Source: an uncultured Steroidobacter sp.
GTDB lineage: Bacteria; Pseudomonadota; Gammaproteobacteria; Steroidobacterales; Steroidobacteraceae
DNA length: 64,000 nucleotides
Assembly (NCBI GenBank): GCA_937864115.1
Contig: CALMII010000059.1
Location: 116,812-180,811, forward strand
Direction of reading: 5' to 3'
This document shows, one piece after another, positions 47,552 through 55,712 of the stretch. Numbering within the stretch: position 1 is the first letter of the stretch; every line of letters starts with the position of its first letter. Under the pieces are notes generated by a model. It searched no databases. It was given only the letters and a program-made list of their open reading frames with translations, and was not told where the DNA came from. The position numbers and the translations under genes were made by a program.

Positions 47552-48793
47552 ATGAGCGGATCAGTGAAACGGGTCGTCGTCACGGGCTTCGGCGGCATCA
47601 CCGCGCTCGGTCACGACTGGCCGACGATCGAGAAGGCATTGCGCGCCAACGTCAGCGGCGTCGCGCGCATGCATGAATGGGATCGCTACACCGATCTCAA
47701 CACGCGCCTGGGCGGCCCGGTGCCGCCGTTCCAGCTGCCGCCGCAATACACGCGCAAGGTCACGCGCACGATGGGACGAGTCGCATTGCTGGCGACGCGC
47801 GCAACGGAAATGGCGTTGGAGGATGCCGGCCTGATCGGCGATCCGGTCATCGGCAGCGGCGCGATGGGCGTCGCCTACGGTTCATGCACCGGCAGCACCG
47901 ATGCCATCCGCGAATTCGGCTCCATGATCGAAACCGGCGATGTCAGCGGCATCAACGCCACGACCTACCTGCGACTGATGCCGCACACGGCCGCCGCGAA
48001 CATCGGTGTGTACTTCGGCATCAAGGGCCGCGTCATTCCCGCCTGCAGCGCCTGCACGTCCGGCAGCCAGAGCATCGGCTACGCCTACGAGGCGATCCGC
48101 TTCAATCGCTCGACGCTCATGGTCGCCGGCGGCGCCGAAGAACTCTGCGCCAGCGAGGCCGCGGTGTTCGACACGCTCTACGCCACCAGCACGCGCAACG
48201 ACACGCCGAGCGAAACACCGAGCCCGTTCGATCGCGACCGCGACGGACTCGTCATCGGCGAAGGCGCCTGCACGCTGGTGCTGGAAGAACTCGAACACGC
48301 GAAGGCGCGCGGCGCGACGATCTATGCAGAAATCGTCGGCTTCGGCAGCAACTCCGACGGCGATCATCCGACGCATCCGAACACGAACACCATGGAAGTC
48401 GCGATGCGCCTGTCGCTGCAGGATGCAGGCCTGTCGCCTGACGCCATCGGCTATGTGAATGCACACGCCACCGCGACCGAGCAGGGCGACATCGCCGAGA
48501 CGCATGCGATGCAGCGCCTGTTCGGCAGCCGCACGCCGGTGAGTTCGGTGAAGGGCCATCTCGGCCACACGCTCGGCGCCTGCGGCGCGATCGAAAGCTG
48601 GTTCACGATCCAGATGATGCGCGGCGGCTGGTTCATGCCGACCCTGAACCTGAAGAACGTCGACGAACGCTGCGGCGAACTCGACTACGTGATGAACGGC
48701 GGCCGTCACCTCGATGTCGAATACGCGATGAAGAACAACTTCGCCTTCGGCGGGGTGAACACGTCGTTGATCTTCCGGCGCTGGAAGGGCTGA
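47552..48793 (+). CDS. FabF-like beta-ketoacyl-ACP synthase (ApeR-like)
   Basis: SACTSGSQ (Cys), NAHATAT, KGHLGHTLGACG, NNFAFGGVN. Start ATG 47552 or TTG 47528. Confidence 0.92.
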   Translation: MSGSVKRVVVTGFGGITALGHDWPTIEKALRANVSGVARMHEWDRYTDLNTRLGGPVPPFQLPPQYTRKVTRTMGRVALLATRATEMALEDAGLIGDPVIGSGAMGVAYGSCTGSTDAIREFGSMIETGDVSGINATTYLRLMPHTAAANIGVYFGIKGRVIPACSACTSGSQSIGYAYEAIRFNRSTLMVAGGAEELCASEAAVFDTLYATSTRNDTPSETPSPFDRDRDGLVIGEGACTLVLEELEHAKARGATIYAEIVGFGSNSDGDHPTHPNTNTMEVAMRLSLQDAGLSPDAIGYVNAHATATEQGDIAETHAMQRLFGSRTPVSSVKGHLGHTLGACGAIESWFTIQMMRGGWFMPTLNLKNVDERCGELDYVMNGGRHLDVEYAMKNNFAFGGVNTSLIFRRWKG

Positions 48794-48805
48794 GAGTTCT
48801 TCTTG

Positions 48806-48862
48806 CTGTAGGTCAGGCTTCAGCCTGACTGTTTTCAGGCCGGCTAAAGCCGGCCCCACAGG
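48806..48862 (+). repeat. REP doublet, copy 3
   Basis: ctgtaggtcaggcttcagcctgactgttttcaggccggctaaagccggccccacagg. Confidence 0.9.
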
Positions 48863-48877
48863 AAGAAGGGATTCCCG

Positions 48878-49798
48878 CTATCCCGCCAGCAGCTTCGACA
48901 GTCCGTCGAGTTCCTGCGCCACGCATCCCTGCACGAAGGCGTGCAACAGCACGCGGTCGAAGTCGCTCTGCGGTTCAAGCACCAGACCATGGAAATGAAC
49001 CTGTGGATGCTGCGGATCGGCCGCGCCCAGCGCGCGGACGACGGTGGCGTCGACCGTCAGTTCGTGCGACTTGTCGAGCACGGTGATCCTGAAGGTCAAC
49101 CGCAATCGTTGTGACTCGCCCAGCGCGACCGACGCATCGACACCGATGCGCAGGCCCGTGCTGCTCAGATCGACGATGACCGCTTCGCTCGGTGCGTCCA
49201 GTTGCAACGTCGCCGCCAGACACACGGCGACGCGTTGTCCCTTGCGGATGTGGCGCATCTCCACCTGGGCGGGCACGTCGACATGAAAATAGGGATAGGG
49301 ATCGAACAGCACTTTCTCGACGATGCCGCTGAAGCGCACGGCGGCAGTGGCGTAGAACGTGCGGAACAGCCAGGTCTGCCCCTTGTCGATGGCGACGTAG
49401 TGGCGGTCGTCGCGGATCGGCGCCGTCATGATGAGGCTGCGGCGCTCGCCGATGCCGATGACGCGGCACGCGTAGCTCTCGCTGCGCTCGTCGCGCGAAA
49501 TACGAAATCCCCAGCGCGATCCCGCGGGCATGCGCGAGTACTGCGTCCACAACTGATGCAGCGGCGCGGGGGCGGTGTCTGCGGCCGTGTCGGCCGCCTG
49601 CGAGGCACTGTCGTGTTCGTCGACCAGCGCCATCAGGCCATTGCGCAGCAGGGCTTCGCGCATCCAGTCCGTGACGATCTGGCCCTTCGCGGCGAGCAGC
49701 AGGTTGCGGTTCGGATCGAACACGGAAAAAGGCAGCGGCTTGCCGCTGACGATCTCGTTTTTGTCGAGCGCGATTTTCCGCGCCGGTGACTGCTTCAC
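48878..49798 (-). CDS. PilZ-domain (YcgR/flagellar-brake-like) c-di-GMP receptor
   Basis: RKGQR (RxxxR) and DLSSTG (DxSxxG) PilZ motifs, preceded by a YcgR-N-like region. GTG start 49798. Confidence 0.82.
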   Translation of the reverse strand: MKQSPARKIALDKNEIVSGKPLPFSVFDPNRNLLLAAKGQIVTDWMREALLRNGLMALVDEHDSASQAADTAADTAPAPLHQLWTQYSRMPAGSRWGFRISRDERSESYACRVIGIGERRSLIMTAPIRDDRHYVAIDKGQTWLFRTFYATAAVRFSGIVEKVLFDPYPYFHVDVPAQVEMRHIRKGQRVAVCLAATLQLDAPSEAVIVDLSSTGLRIGVDASVALGESQRLRLTFRITVLDKSHELTVDATVVRALGAADPQHPQVHFHGLVLEPQSDFDRVLLHAFVQGCVAQELDGLSKLLAG

Positions 49799-50025
49799 GG
49801 TTGTATCCCCCCGAGTCGATGACCTCGGCCGTGTACCTGTCCTGTCTGCAACGGCCCCGTCGACGCGGACTTGATGCGTCTCCCTCACCTGGAAAAGTGA
49901 CCTGATCCACAGTTGCGGGAATCGGCGCCCTCGATCGGGGGCCGGCGGTCGGGCCGTTCGCCGGTGCTACACTGCGGCCCGCGCGAGGGTGCCCCGCCAT
50001 CGCGATCACCCAACGACGCCTCATC

Positions 50026-50559
50026 ATGCAGCCGATGCCGGAGAAGACCATTGCAGAAGACTCGTCGCTGAGCCTGCTGCAGAAGATCCTGTTGACGACG
50101 GACGGCACGGTCACGCAACTGCTCGAACTCTTCACCGGCGAAAAGATCAGCGTCCAAAAGCTCGAACATGCCCTGGTCGCAGGCGGTCCGCCGCTGCTGG
50201 CCGTGCCGGCGACGGAACCGGTGCTCAGCCGCAAGATTCTTCTGCGCGGAACGCGGCCCTGGATGTACGCGCATTCGTTCCTGGTGCCGTCGCGACTGCC
50301 GCGGGGAATGCAGGCAGCCATGCTGCAGACCGATACGCCGATGGGCCAGCTGTGGAAGGCGGCGAGGCTCGAAACCCATCGCGAGATCGTCGATTTCCAT
50401 CGCGAGGACGATGCCGGACTCGCGGCGCTGTTCGATTGCGACGGGCCATTGCTGTCGCGCAGCTACCTGATCCATGCCAGCGGCGCGCCGATGGGGCTCA
50501 TCGTCGAGAAATTTCCCGCGGCCTGGTTCCTGCGGGACCGGCCTGGCGTCTTTCTGTAG
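50026..50559 (+). CDS. Chorismate pyruvate-lyase-like protein (UbiC/DUF98 family)
   Basis: LLTTDGTVTQLLE, VLSRKILL, YAHSFL, PMGQL, IVEKFP motifs. Confidence 0.78.
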   Translation: MQPMPEKTIAEDSSLSLLQKILLTTDGTVTQLLELFTGEKISVQKLEHALVAGGPPLLAVPATEPVLSRKILLRGTRPWMYAHSFLVPSRLPRGMQAAMLQTDTPMGQLWKAARLETHREIVDFHREDDAGLAALFDCDGPLLSRSYLIHASGAPMGLIVEKFPAAWFLRDRPGVFL

Positions 50560-50610
50560 GTCAGGCTTCAGCCTGACTGTTTTCAGGCCGGCTGAAGCCG
50601 GCCCCACAGG
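50554..50610 (+). repeat. REP doublet, copy 4
   Basis: Identical to copy 3 at 56 of 57 nt; provides the TAG stop of the 50026 gene. Confidence 0.9.
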
Positions 50611-50719
50611 GAGGGAAGGCAGTGACGGGCGCTGCCGCCCGGAAACAGCTGGTATACACTGCGCGCCCCCCGGCGGGCGCCGCGGCGTTCAACGGGCAAG
50701 TGAGGAGCTTGAGGGAGCC

Positions 50720-51157
50720 ATGAAGATTCGAACGATGACGACGGCGGCATTGGCCGCCATTCTCGTGTTCAGCGTCGCGCAGGCCCGCGACACGCGACTG
50801 AAGCTGCCCCTCAAGGATGCGCTGGAAACCGTCGACGCCAGGGACAAGCTGGGTACCGACGTGAAGTTCTTCTTCGGCTCGCAGGCAACGCCCGCCGTCG
50901 TGCAGAAGTTGGGCACCTATACGTCCAACAAGAAGACCAACTTCGCCAACAAGTCGGACAAGGAAGGCTGCGAATGGGCATTCCTGTCGGCGATGATTTC
51001 CCTGAAGGAACGCGCCCTGGCCGAAGGCGGCAATGCCGTCATCAACATCGAGAGCTATTACAAAAAGAACCAGTTCTCGAGCGAAACCGAATATGAGTGC
51101 GGCGCCGGCGCCATCATTGGCGGCGTGGCTCTGCGCGGTACTGTCGTCAAGCTGTAA
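50720..51157 (+). CDS. Conserved secreted protein (family often mislabelled 'excinuclease ATPase subunit')
   Basis: Signal peptide ending AQA-RD; SNKKTNFANKSDKEGCEWAFLSA, GGNAVINIESYYKK, YECGAGA motifs; GGAG RBS. Confidence 0.8.
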   Translation: MKIRTMTTAALAAILVFSVAQARDTRLKLPLKDALETVDARDKLGTDVKFFFGSQATPAVVQKLGTYTSNKKTNFANKSDKEGCEWAFLSAMISLKERALAEGGNAVINIESYYKKNQFSSETEYECGAGAIIGGVALRGTVVKL

Positions 51158-51223
51158 ATTCATCGCTGTCCGCAGCGTGCCGCGCAGACTGCGGCCCGCT
51201 ATCCGATTGCGTCCGGAGCGTTC

Positions 51224-52348
51224 ATGTCCGTGAAGATTGCCGTGCTGAAAGAAACCCGCGCCAACGAGCGACGGGTCGCAATGGTCCCGGCCGTTGCCGA
51301 GAAACTCATCAAGCTGGGTGCGCAGATCGGCATCCAGAGCGGTGCGGGCGAGGCCGTGAAGCTCGCGGACGCGGCGTTCAGGAACGTCGGGTTCGAGCCG
51401 GATCCGCGCAAGCTGGTGAGCGAAGCCGACATCGTGCTGGCCGTGCAGCCGCCGGACATCGAGATCGTTCGCGCCATGAAAGAAGGCGCGATCCTCATTG
51501 CTTTCGTCTATGCGCACAAGGAAGTCGAACTGACCAAGCTGCTGCGCGATCGCAGGATCACCTGCTTCGCGATGGAACTCGTGCCGCGTATCACGCGCGC
51601 GCAGGCGATGGATGCACTGTCGAGTCAGGCCGCGCTCGCCGGCTACTACGCGGTGCTGCTCGGTGCGACCAACATCGCGCGCATGCTGCCGATGATGACC
51701 ACCGCGGTGGGTTCGATCCGTCCGCAGCGTGCGCTGGTGATGGGGCTCGGCGTTGCCGGCCTGCAGGCACTGGCGACCGCGCGTCGTCTCGGCGCCATGA
51801 CCGAAGGCTATGACGTGCGTCCGGAGACGAAGGAACAGGCCGAATCGCTCGGCGCCAAGTTCGTCGATACCGGCGTCGATGCACGCGGTGCCGGCGGTTA
51901 CGCGCGCGAGCTGACGCAGGAAGAGAAGGACAAGGTCGCCGCCGTCGTCACCAAGCACATCCAGCAGGCCGACGTCATCATCACCACCGCGTCGATCCCC
52001 GGCCGCCCTTCGCCCAAGCTGATCAGCAAGGCGCAGGTCGATGGCATGAAGGCCGGCGCCGTGATCGTCGATCTCGCCGCCGAAGGCGGCGGCAACTGTG
52101 AGTACACGAAGCCGGGCGAAACCGTGCAGGTCGGCCAGGTGACGATCGTCGGCCCGCTCAACGTACCGAGCATGCTCGGCGAACACGCCAGCGAACTGTA
52201 TGCGAAGAACCAGTTCAACCTGATCGAGCTGTTCCTCAGGGACAAGGCGATCAACCTCGACTGGAACGACGAAGTGCTGGCGAAGACCGCGCTGACGCAC
52301 GCGGGCGAGATCAAGAACGAGGCCGCGAAGAAGGCGGTCGAGGGCTGA
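51224..52348 (+). CDS. pntA: NAD(P) transhydrogenase subunit alpha, part 1 (dI)
   Basis: ERRVAMVP, AMELVPRITRAQAMDALSSQ, GLGVAGLQA, DLAAEGGGNC motifs. Confidence 0.96.
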   Translation: MSVKIAVLKETRANERRVAMVPAVAEKLIKLGAQIGIQSGAGEAVKLADAAFRNVGFEPDPRKLVSEADIVLAVQPPDIEIVRAMKEGAILIAFVYAHKEVELTKLLRDRRITCFAMELVPRITRAQAMDALSSQAALAGYYAVLLGATNIARMLPMMTTAVGSIRPQRALVMGLGVAGLQALATARRLGAMTEGYDVRPETKEQAESLGAKFVDTGVDARGAGGYARELTQEEKDKVAAVVTKHIQQADVIITTASIPGRPSPKLISKAQVDGMKAGAVIVDLAAEGGGNCEYTKPGETVQVGQVTIVGPLNVPSMLGEHASELYAKNQFNLIELFLRDKAINLDWNDEVLAKTALTHAGEIKNEAAKKAVEG

Positions 52349-52360
52349 AGAAGATTAAGG

Positions 52361-52439
52361 GCCGCAAAAAGGCGCAAAGGCACGCAAAACAGGAAATCGA
52401 CAGCTTTTCTATTTGAGTTCTTTTGCGCCTTTTTGCGGC
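52361..52439. repeat. Palindrome of 9-bp-type units inside the pnt operon
   Basis: Perfect 18-bp arms gccgcaaaaaggcgcaaa (52361-52378) / tttgcgcctttttgcggc (52422-52439), with a third unit cacgcaaaa in the left arm. Confidence 0.82.
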
Positions 52440-52466
52440 AATTCTCCGATCTGACGAGATGAAAAC

Positions 52467-52793
52467 ATGGACCTGACGACGACACTCACGGGCTTCGTGG
52501 CCCTCTACATCTTCATGCTCGCAGCCTTCACCGGCTACGAGATCATCGGCCGCGTGCCGGCGATCCTGCACACGCCGCTGATGTCGGGATCGAACTTCGT
52601 GCACGGCATCGTCGTGGTCGGCGCGATGTATGCGCTGCTGAACGCAACGACGACGACGGAGCAGGTCATCGGCTTTCTCGGCGTGCTGCTCGGCGCGGGC
52701 AACGCCGCCGGCGGCTACGTCGTGACCGAGCGCATGCTGGAAATGTTCAAGCCGAGCGACAAGAAGAAGCCGGGCGAGGAAGCGAAGAAGTGA
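52467..52793 (+). CDS. pntA: NAD(P) transhydrogenase subunit alpha, part 2 (membrane)
   Basis: VPAILHTPLMSGSNFVHGI and GGYVVTERMLEMFK motifs. Confidence 0.94.
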   Translation: MDLTTTLTGFVALYIFMLAAFTGYEIIGRVPAILHTPLMSGSNFVHGIVVVGAMYALLNATTTTEQVIGFLGVLLGAGNAAGGYVVTERMLEMFKPSDKKKPGEEAKK

Positions 52794-54214
52794 ATCCCCA
52801 ACTCATCATCGATACCAGCTACATCGCTGCGGCGTTCCTGTTCATCTACGGGCTGAAGCGCATGTCCTCGCCGGTGACGGCGCGGTCGGGCATCGTCGTC
52901 GCCGGCGTCGGCATGCTGGTCGCAACGCTGGCCAGCTTCCTGTACGTGTTCGGCATCAATGAAGCTGCGCAGCCGCACCTGACGACCAACATTGCGCTCG
53001 CTGCGACTGCACTCGGCGTCGGCACGCTGTGGGCCTGGTGGAGCGGCAAGCGCGTCGCCATGACGGCGATGCCGCAGATGGTCGCGCTGTACAACGGCAT
53101 GGGCGGCGGTGCGGCGGCGGCGATCGCGGCAGTCGAACTGCTGCGTCCGGGCGCCGAGCATCAGACGGTGCCGCTGGTCGTCACCATCATCGGCGCGCTG
53201 ATCGGTTCGATCTCGCTGTCGGGCTCGCTGATCGCGTGGGCCAAGCTCGACGGCAAGATCAACGGCACGTGGCGCATCAAGGGCCAGCAGGTGCTGAACG
53301 GTGCGCTGTTCCTGATCACGCTGGGTCTGGGACTCTTCATCGTCTTCGCCGAACACGGCCATGCCTCGCCGCAGGTCGTCGCCGTGTTCTTCGGTCTCGC
53401 GCTCGTCTTCGGCGTGCTCATGACCATGCCGATCGGCGGCGCCGACATGCCGGTCGTGATCTCGCTCTACAACGCCTTCACCGGACTCGCTGTGGGCTTC
53501 GAAGGCTATGTGCTGCAGAACCCGGCGCTGATGATCGCCGGCATGGTGGTCGGTTCGGCCGGCACGCTGCTGACGCTTTTGATGGCGAAGGCCATGAACC
53601 GCAGCGTCTCGAACGTGATCTTCAGCAACTTCGGCGCGACGGGCGACGAACAGCAGGGCGAGATCAAGGGATCGATGAAGCCTGCCGAAGCCGGCGATGC
53701 CGCCGTGAACATGCGCTATGCGTCGAAGGTGATCATTGCGCCGGGCTATGGCCTCGCGGTGGCGCAGGCGCAGCACAAGCTGTACGAGTTCGTGAAGCTG
53801 CTGACCGATGCCGGCGTCGAAGTGAAGTTCGCGATTCATCCGGTTGCCGGTCGCATGCCCGGCCACATGAACGTGCTGCTGGCCGAAGCCGGCGTGCCCT
53901 ACGACATGATCTACGACCTGGAAGACATCAACGGCGAGTTCAAGGACGCCGACGTCGCCATCGTCATCGGCGCCAACGACACCGTGAATCCGGCCGCCCG
54001 GACCAACAAGTCCTCGCCGATCTACGGCATGCCGATCCTCAACGTCGACCAGGCCAGGCAGGTCTACGTCATCAAGCGCGGCCAGGGCAAGGGCTACTCC
54101 GGCGTCGAGAACGAGCTCTTTTTCGCCGACAACACCAACATGGTGTACGGCGACGCCCAGAAGGTGATGGTGGAGATGATCCAGGCGGTGAAGTCGCTGG
54201 AGGGCGGACACTGA
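52790..54214 (+). CDS. pntB: NAD(P) transhydrogenase subunit beta
   Basis: MTAMPQMVALYNG, IGGADMPVVISLYN, PGYGLAVAQAQH, HPVAGRMPGHMNVLLAEA motifs. Confidence 0.97.
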   Translation: MNPQLIIDTSYIAAAFLFIYGLKRMSSPVTARSGIVVAGVGMLVATLASFLYVFGINEAAQPHLTTNIALAATALGVGTLWAWWSGKRVAMTAMPQMVALYNGMGGGAAAAIAAVELLRPGAEHQTVPLVVTIIGALIGSISLSGSLIAWAKLDGKINGTWRIKGQQVLNGALFLITLGLGLFIVFAEHGHASPQVVAVFFGLALVFGVLMTMPIGGADMPVVISLYNAFTGLAVGFEGYVLQNPALMIAGMVVGSAGTLLTLLMAKAMNRSVSNVIFSNFGATGDEQQGEIKGSMKPAEAGDAAVNMRYASKVIIAPGYGLAVAQAQHKLYEFVKLLTDAGVEVKFAIHPVAGRMPGHMNVLLAEAGVPYDMIYDLEDINGEFKDADVAIVIGANDTVNPAARTNKSSPIYGMPILNVDQARQVYVIKRGQGKGYSGVENELFFADNTNMVYGDAQKVMVEMIQAVKSLEGGH

Positions 54215-54268
54215 GGGAGAGGCGCGAGCCTCGAAGTCGCAGGCGAAGAATGCTTCAAGGAAGAAGCC

Positions 54269-54800
54269 ATGAGCGAGAAGCCCGTCAAACTGGCAGATCG
54301 GGCGCGACATCCTGATGCGACAGGCCGAGCAGGGCTGGGGTGCGAAGGTCATCGAACGACTTTCGCAGGATCTGCGCACGGCCTTTCCGGAAATGAAGGG
54401 TTTTTCCCAGCGCAACCTCAAGTACATGCGCGCTTTTGCGGAGGCATGGCCGGACGGACAATTCGTGCAAGAGGTGCTTGCACAATTGCCGTGGTATCAC
54501 CAGTTGGCGCTGCTGGGCAAACTGCCGGGCCCGGAAACCCGCAAGTGGTATGCGGCCAAGGCCATCGAGCACAACTGGTCGCGCACGCAAGACAATCCCA
54601 CCATCGGCATGGTGTCGTGCCGGGCCAAGAACAAGGTAGTCGCCGAATACGCGCTGCGCGACGTGAACAAACCGCTCGGCGTTTCGGAATACCAACTCGT
54701 GGAGTCGCTGCCGGCGGAATTGCAGTCCAGCCTGCCCAGCATCGAGCAGATCGAGCGGGAACTGAGCGGCAGCGAAGAAGACGGAGGAACGGAAGAATGA
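54269..54800 (+). pseudogene. yhcG: yhcG/DUF1016 PD-(D/E)XK nuclease remnant with two internal deletions
   Basis: MSEKPVK joined out of frame to WQIGRDILMRQAEQGWGAKVIERLSQDL...GFSQRNLKYMR...LPWYH...HNWSR, which is fused directly to the C-terminal QDNPTIG...KNKVVAEYAL...LPSIEQIE; the nuclease core is absent. Confidence 0.85.
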
Positions 54801-55025
54801 CCGGCGCCAACAATCGGCGCACTGCCCCTCCGCCAGTCTGCGGAAGGGACGGGTGGAGGGCGTTGCCAAAGACCCCGTTGTCCCGACCCCACACCTGCCG
54901 CCTTTCCCCTTCCTCCAGAACCACTTGCCCCGTTGAATATTTCCATATTGGTCGCGTATCTTTGGCCGCGAGTCGCTACTGAAGGCCGGGTCAAAGTAGG
55001 GCCGGGCCGTACTGATTCTTAAGTC

Positions 55026-55643
55026 GTGCAACACCCGTACAACTTGAATCAAGAGATCCTGCGCACAGATGTGTCAGGTATGCCCCTGGAATGGATCGAT
55101 TACAGGGACGCGGTACGGCTGTATCACACGGAACAGGTGGCCTACACCTGCGGCACGCAGCTCTACACGCTGTACGGCGGCACCAACGCCCGCACGGGAT
55201 TGCAGACCACCGTCGAAGTGAACTCGATCATCGCGACGATCGGTCACACGCATAACCCCGGCAACCTGCGCCAGGACTACACCCCGCCGCTGAACAACCA
55301 GACCCTGTTCAAGCGCGACGCGCATCTGTGCCTGTATTGCGGCCAGCGTTTTCCGGCGAACCAGCTCTCTCGCGATCACGTCCGCCCCTTGAGTCAGGGT
55401 GGACGCGACAAGTGGACCAATGTCGTCACGGCCTGCCGGCGCTGCAACAACCTCAAGGCGTCGAAGACGCCGGAGCAGGCGGGCCTGCAGCTCATCGCCG
55501 TGCCGTTCACGCCGACCTATGCCGAATACATCTACCTGAAGAGCCGGCGCGTGCTGGCCGACCAGATGGAATACCTGCTCGCGCACTTCCCGCGTTCGAG
55601 CCCGCTGCACGCGCGTCTGAAGCAGCACGGCATCCTGCAGTAG
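55026..55643 (+). CDS. HNH endonuclease (McrA-like, widespread chromosomal type)
   Basis: LFKRDAHLCLYCG, SRDHVRP, GGRDKWTNVVTACRRCNNLK; GTG start uncertain. Confidence 0.9.
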   Translation: MQHPYNLNQEILRTDVSGMPLEWIDYRDAVRLYHTEQVAYTCGTQLYTLYGGTNARTGLQTTVEVNSIIATIGHTHNPGNLRQDYTPPLNNQTLFKRDAHLCLYCGQRFPANQLSRDHVRPLSQGGRDKWTNVVTACRRCNNLKASKTPEQAGLQLIAVPFTPTYAEYIYLKSRRVLADQMEYLLAHFPRSSPLHARLKQHGILQ

Positions 55644-55712
55644 CGGATCGCGGGTCACGGCGGGTGCGGAATGGTGTAACGTCCGCGCCAGGTTTCTTCG
55701 AGTAGCGTCGCG

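Larger units (their letters stand above)
32803..48793. other. Aryl polyene / xanthomonadin-type type II PKS biosynthetic gene cluster in two divergent operons
   Basis: 2 ACP, 2 KS, CLF, KR, 4 hotdog dehydratases, adenylating ligase, 2 acyltransferases, GT2, thioesterase, LolA-like, MMPL, DUF3261 and FAD enzyme: the gene set of ape clusters. Confidence 0.88.

Noticed and set aside
54801-55025. Possible transposon end or MITE after the yhcG remnant
   Set aside because: Only weak G/C-run complementarity; no convincing terminal inverted repeat.
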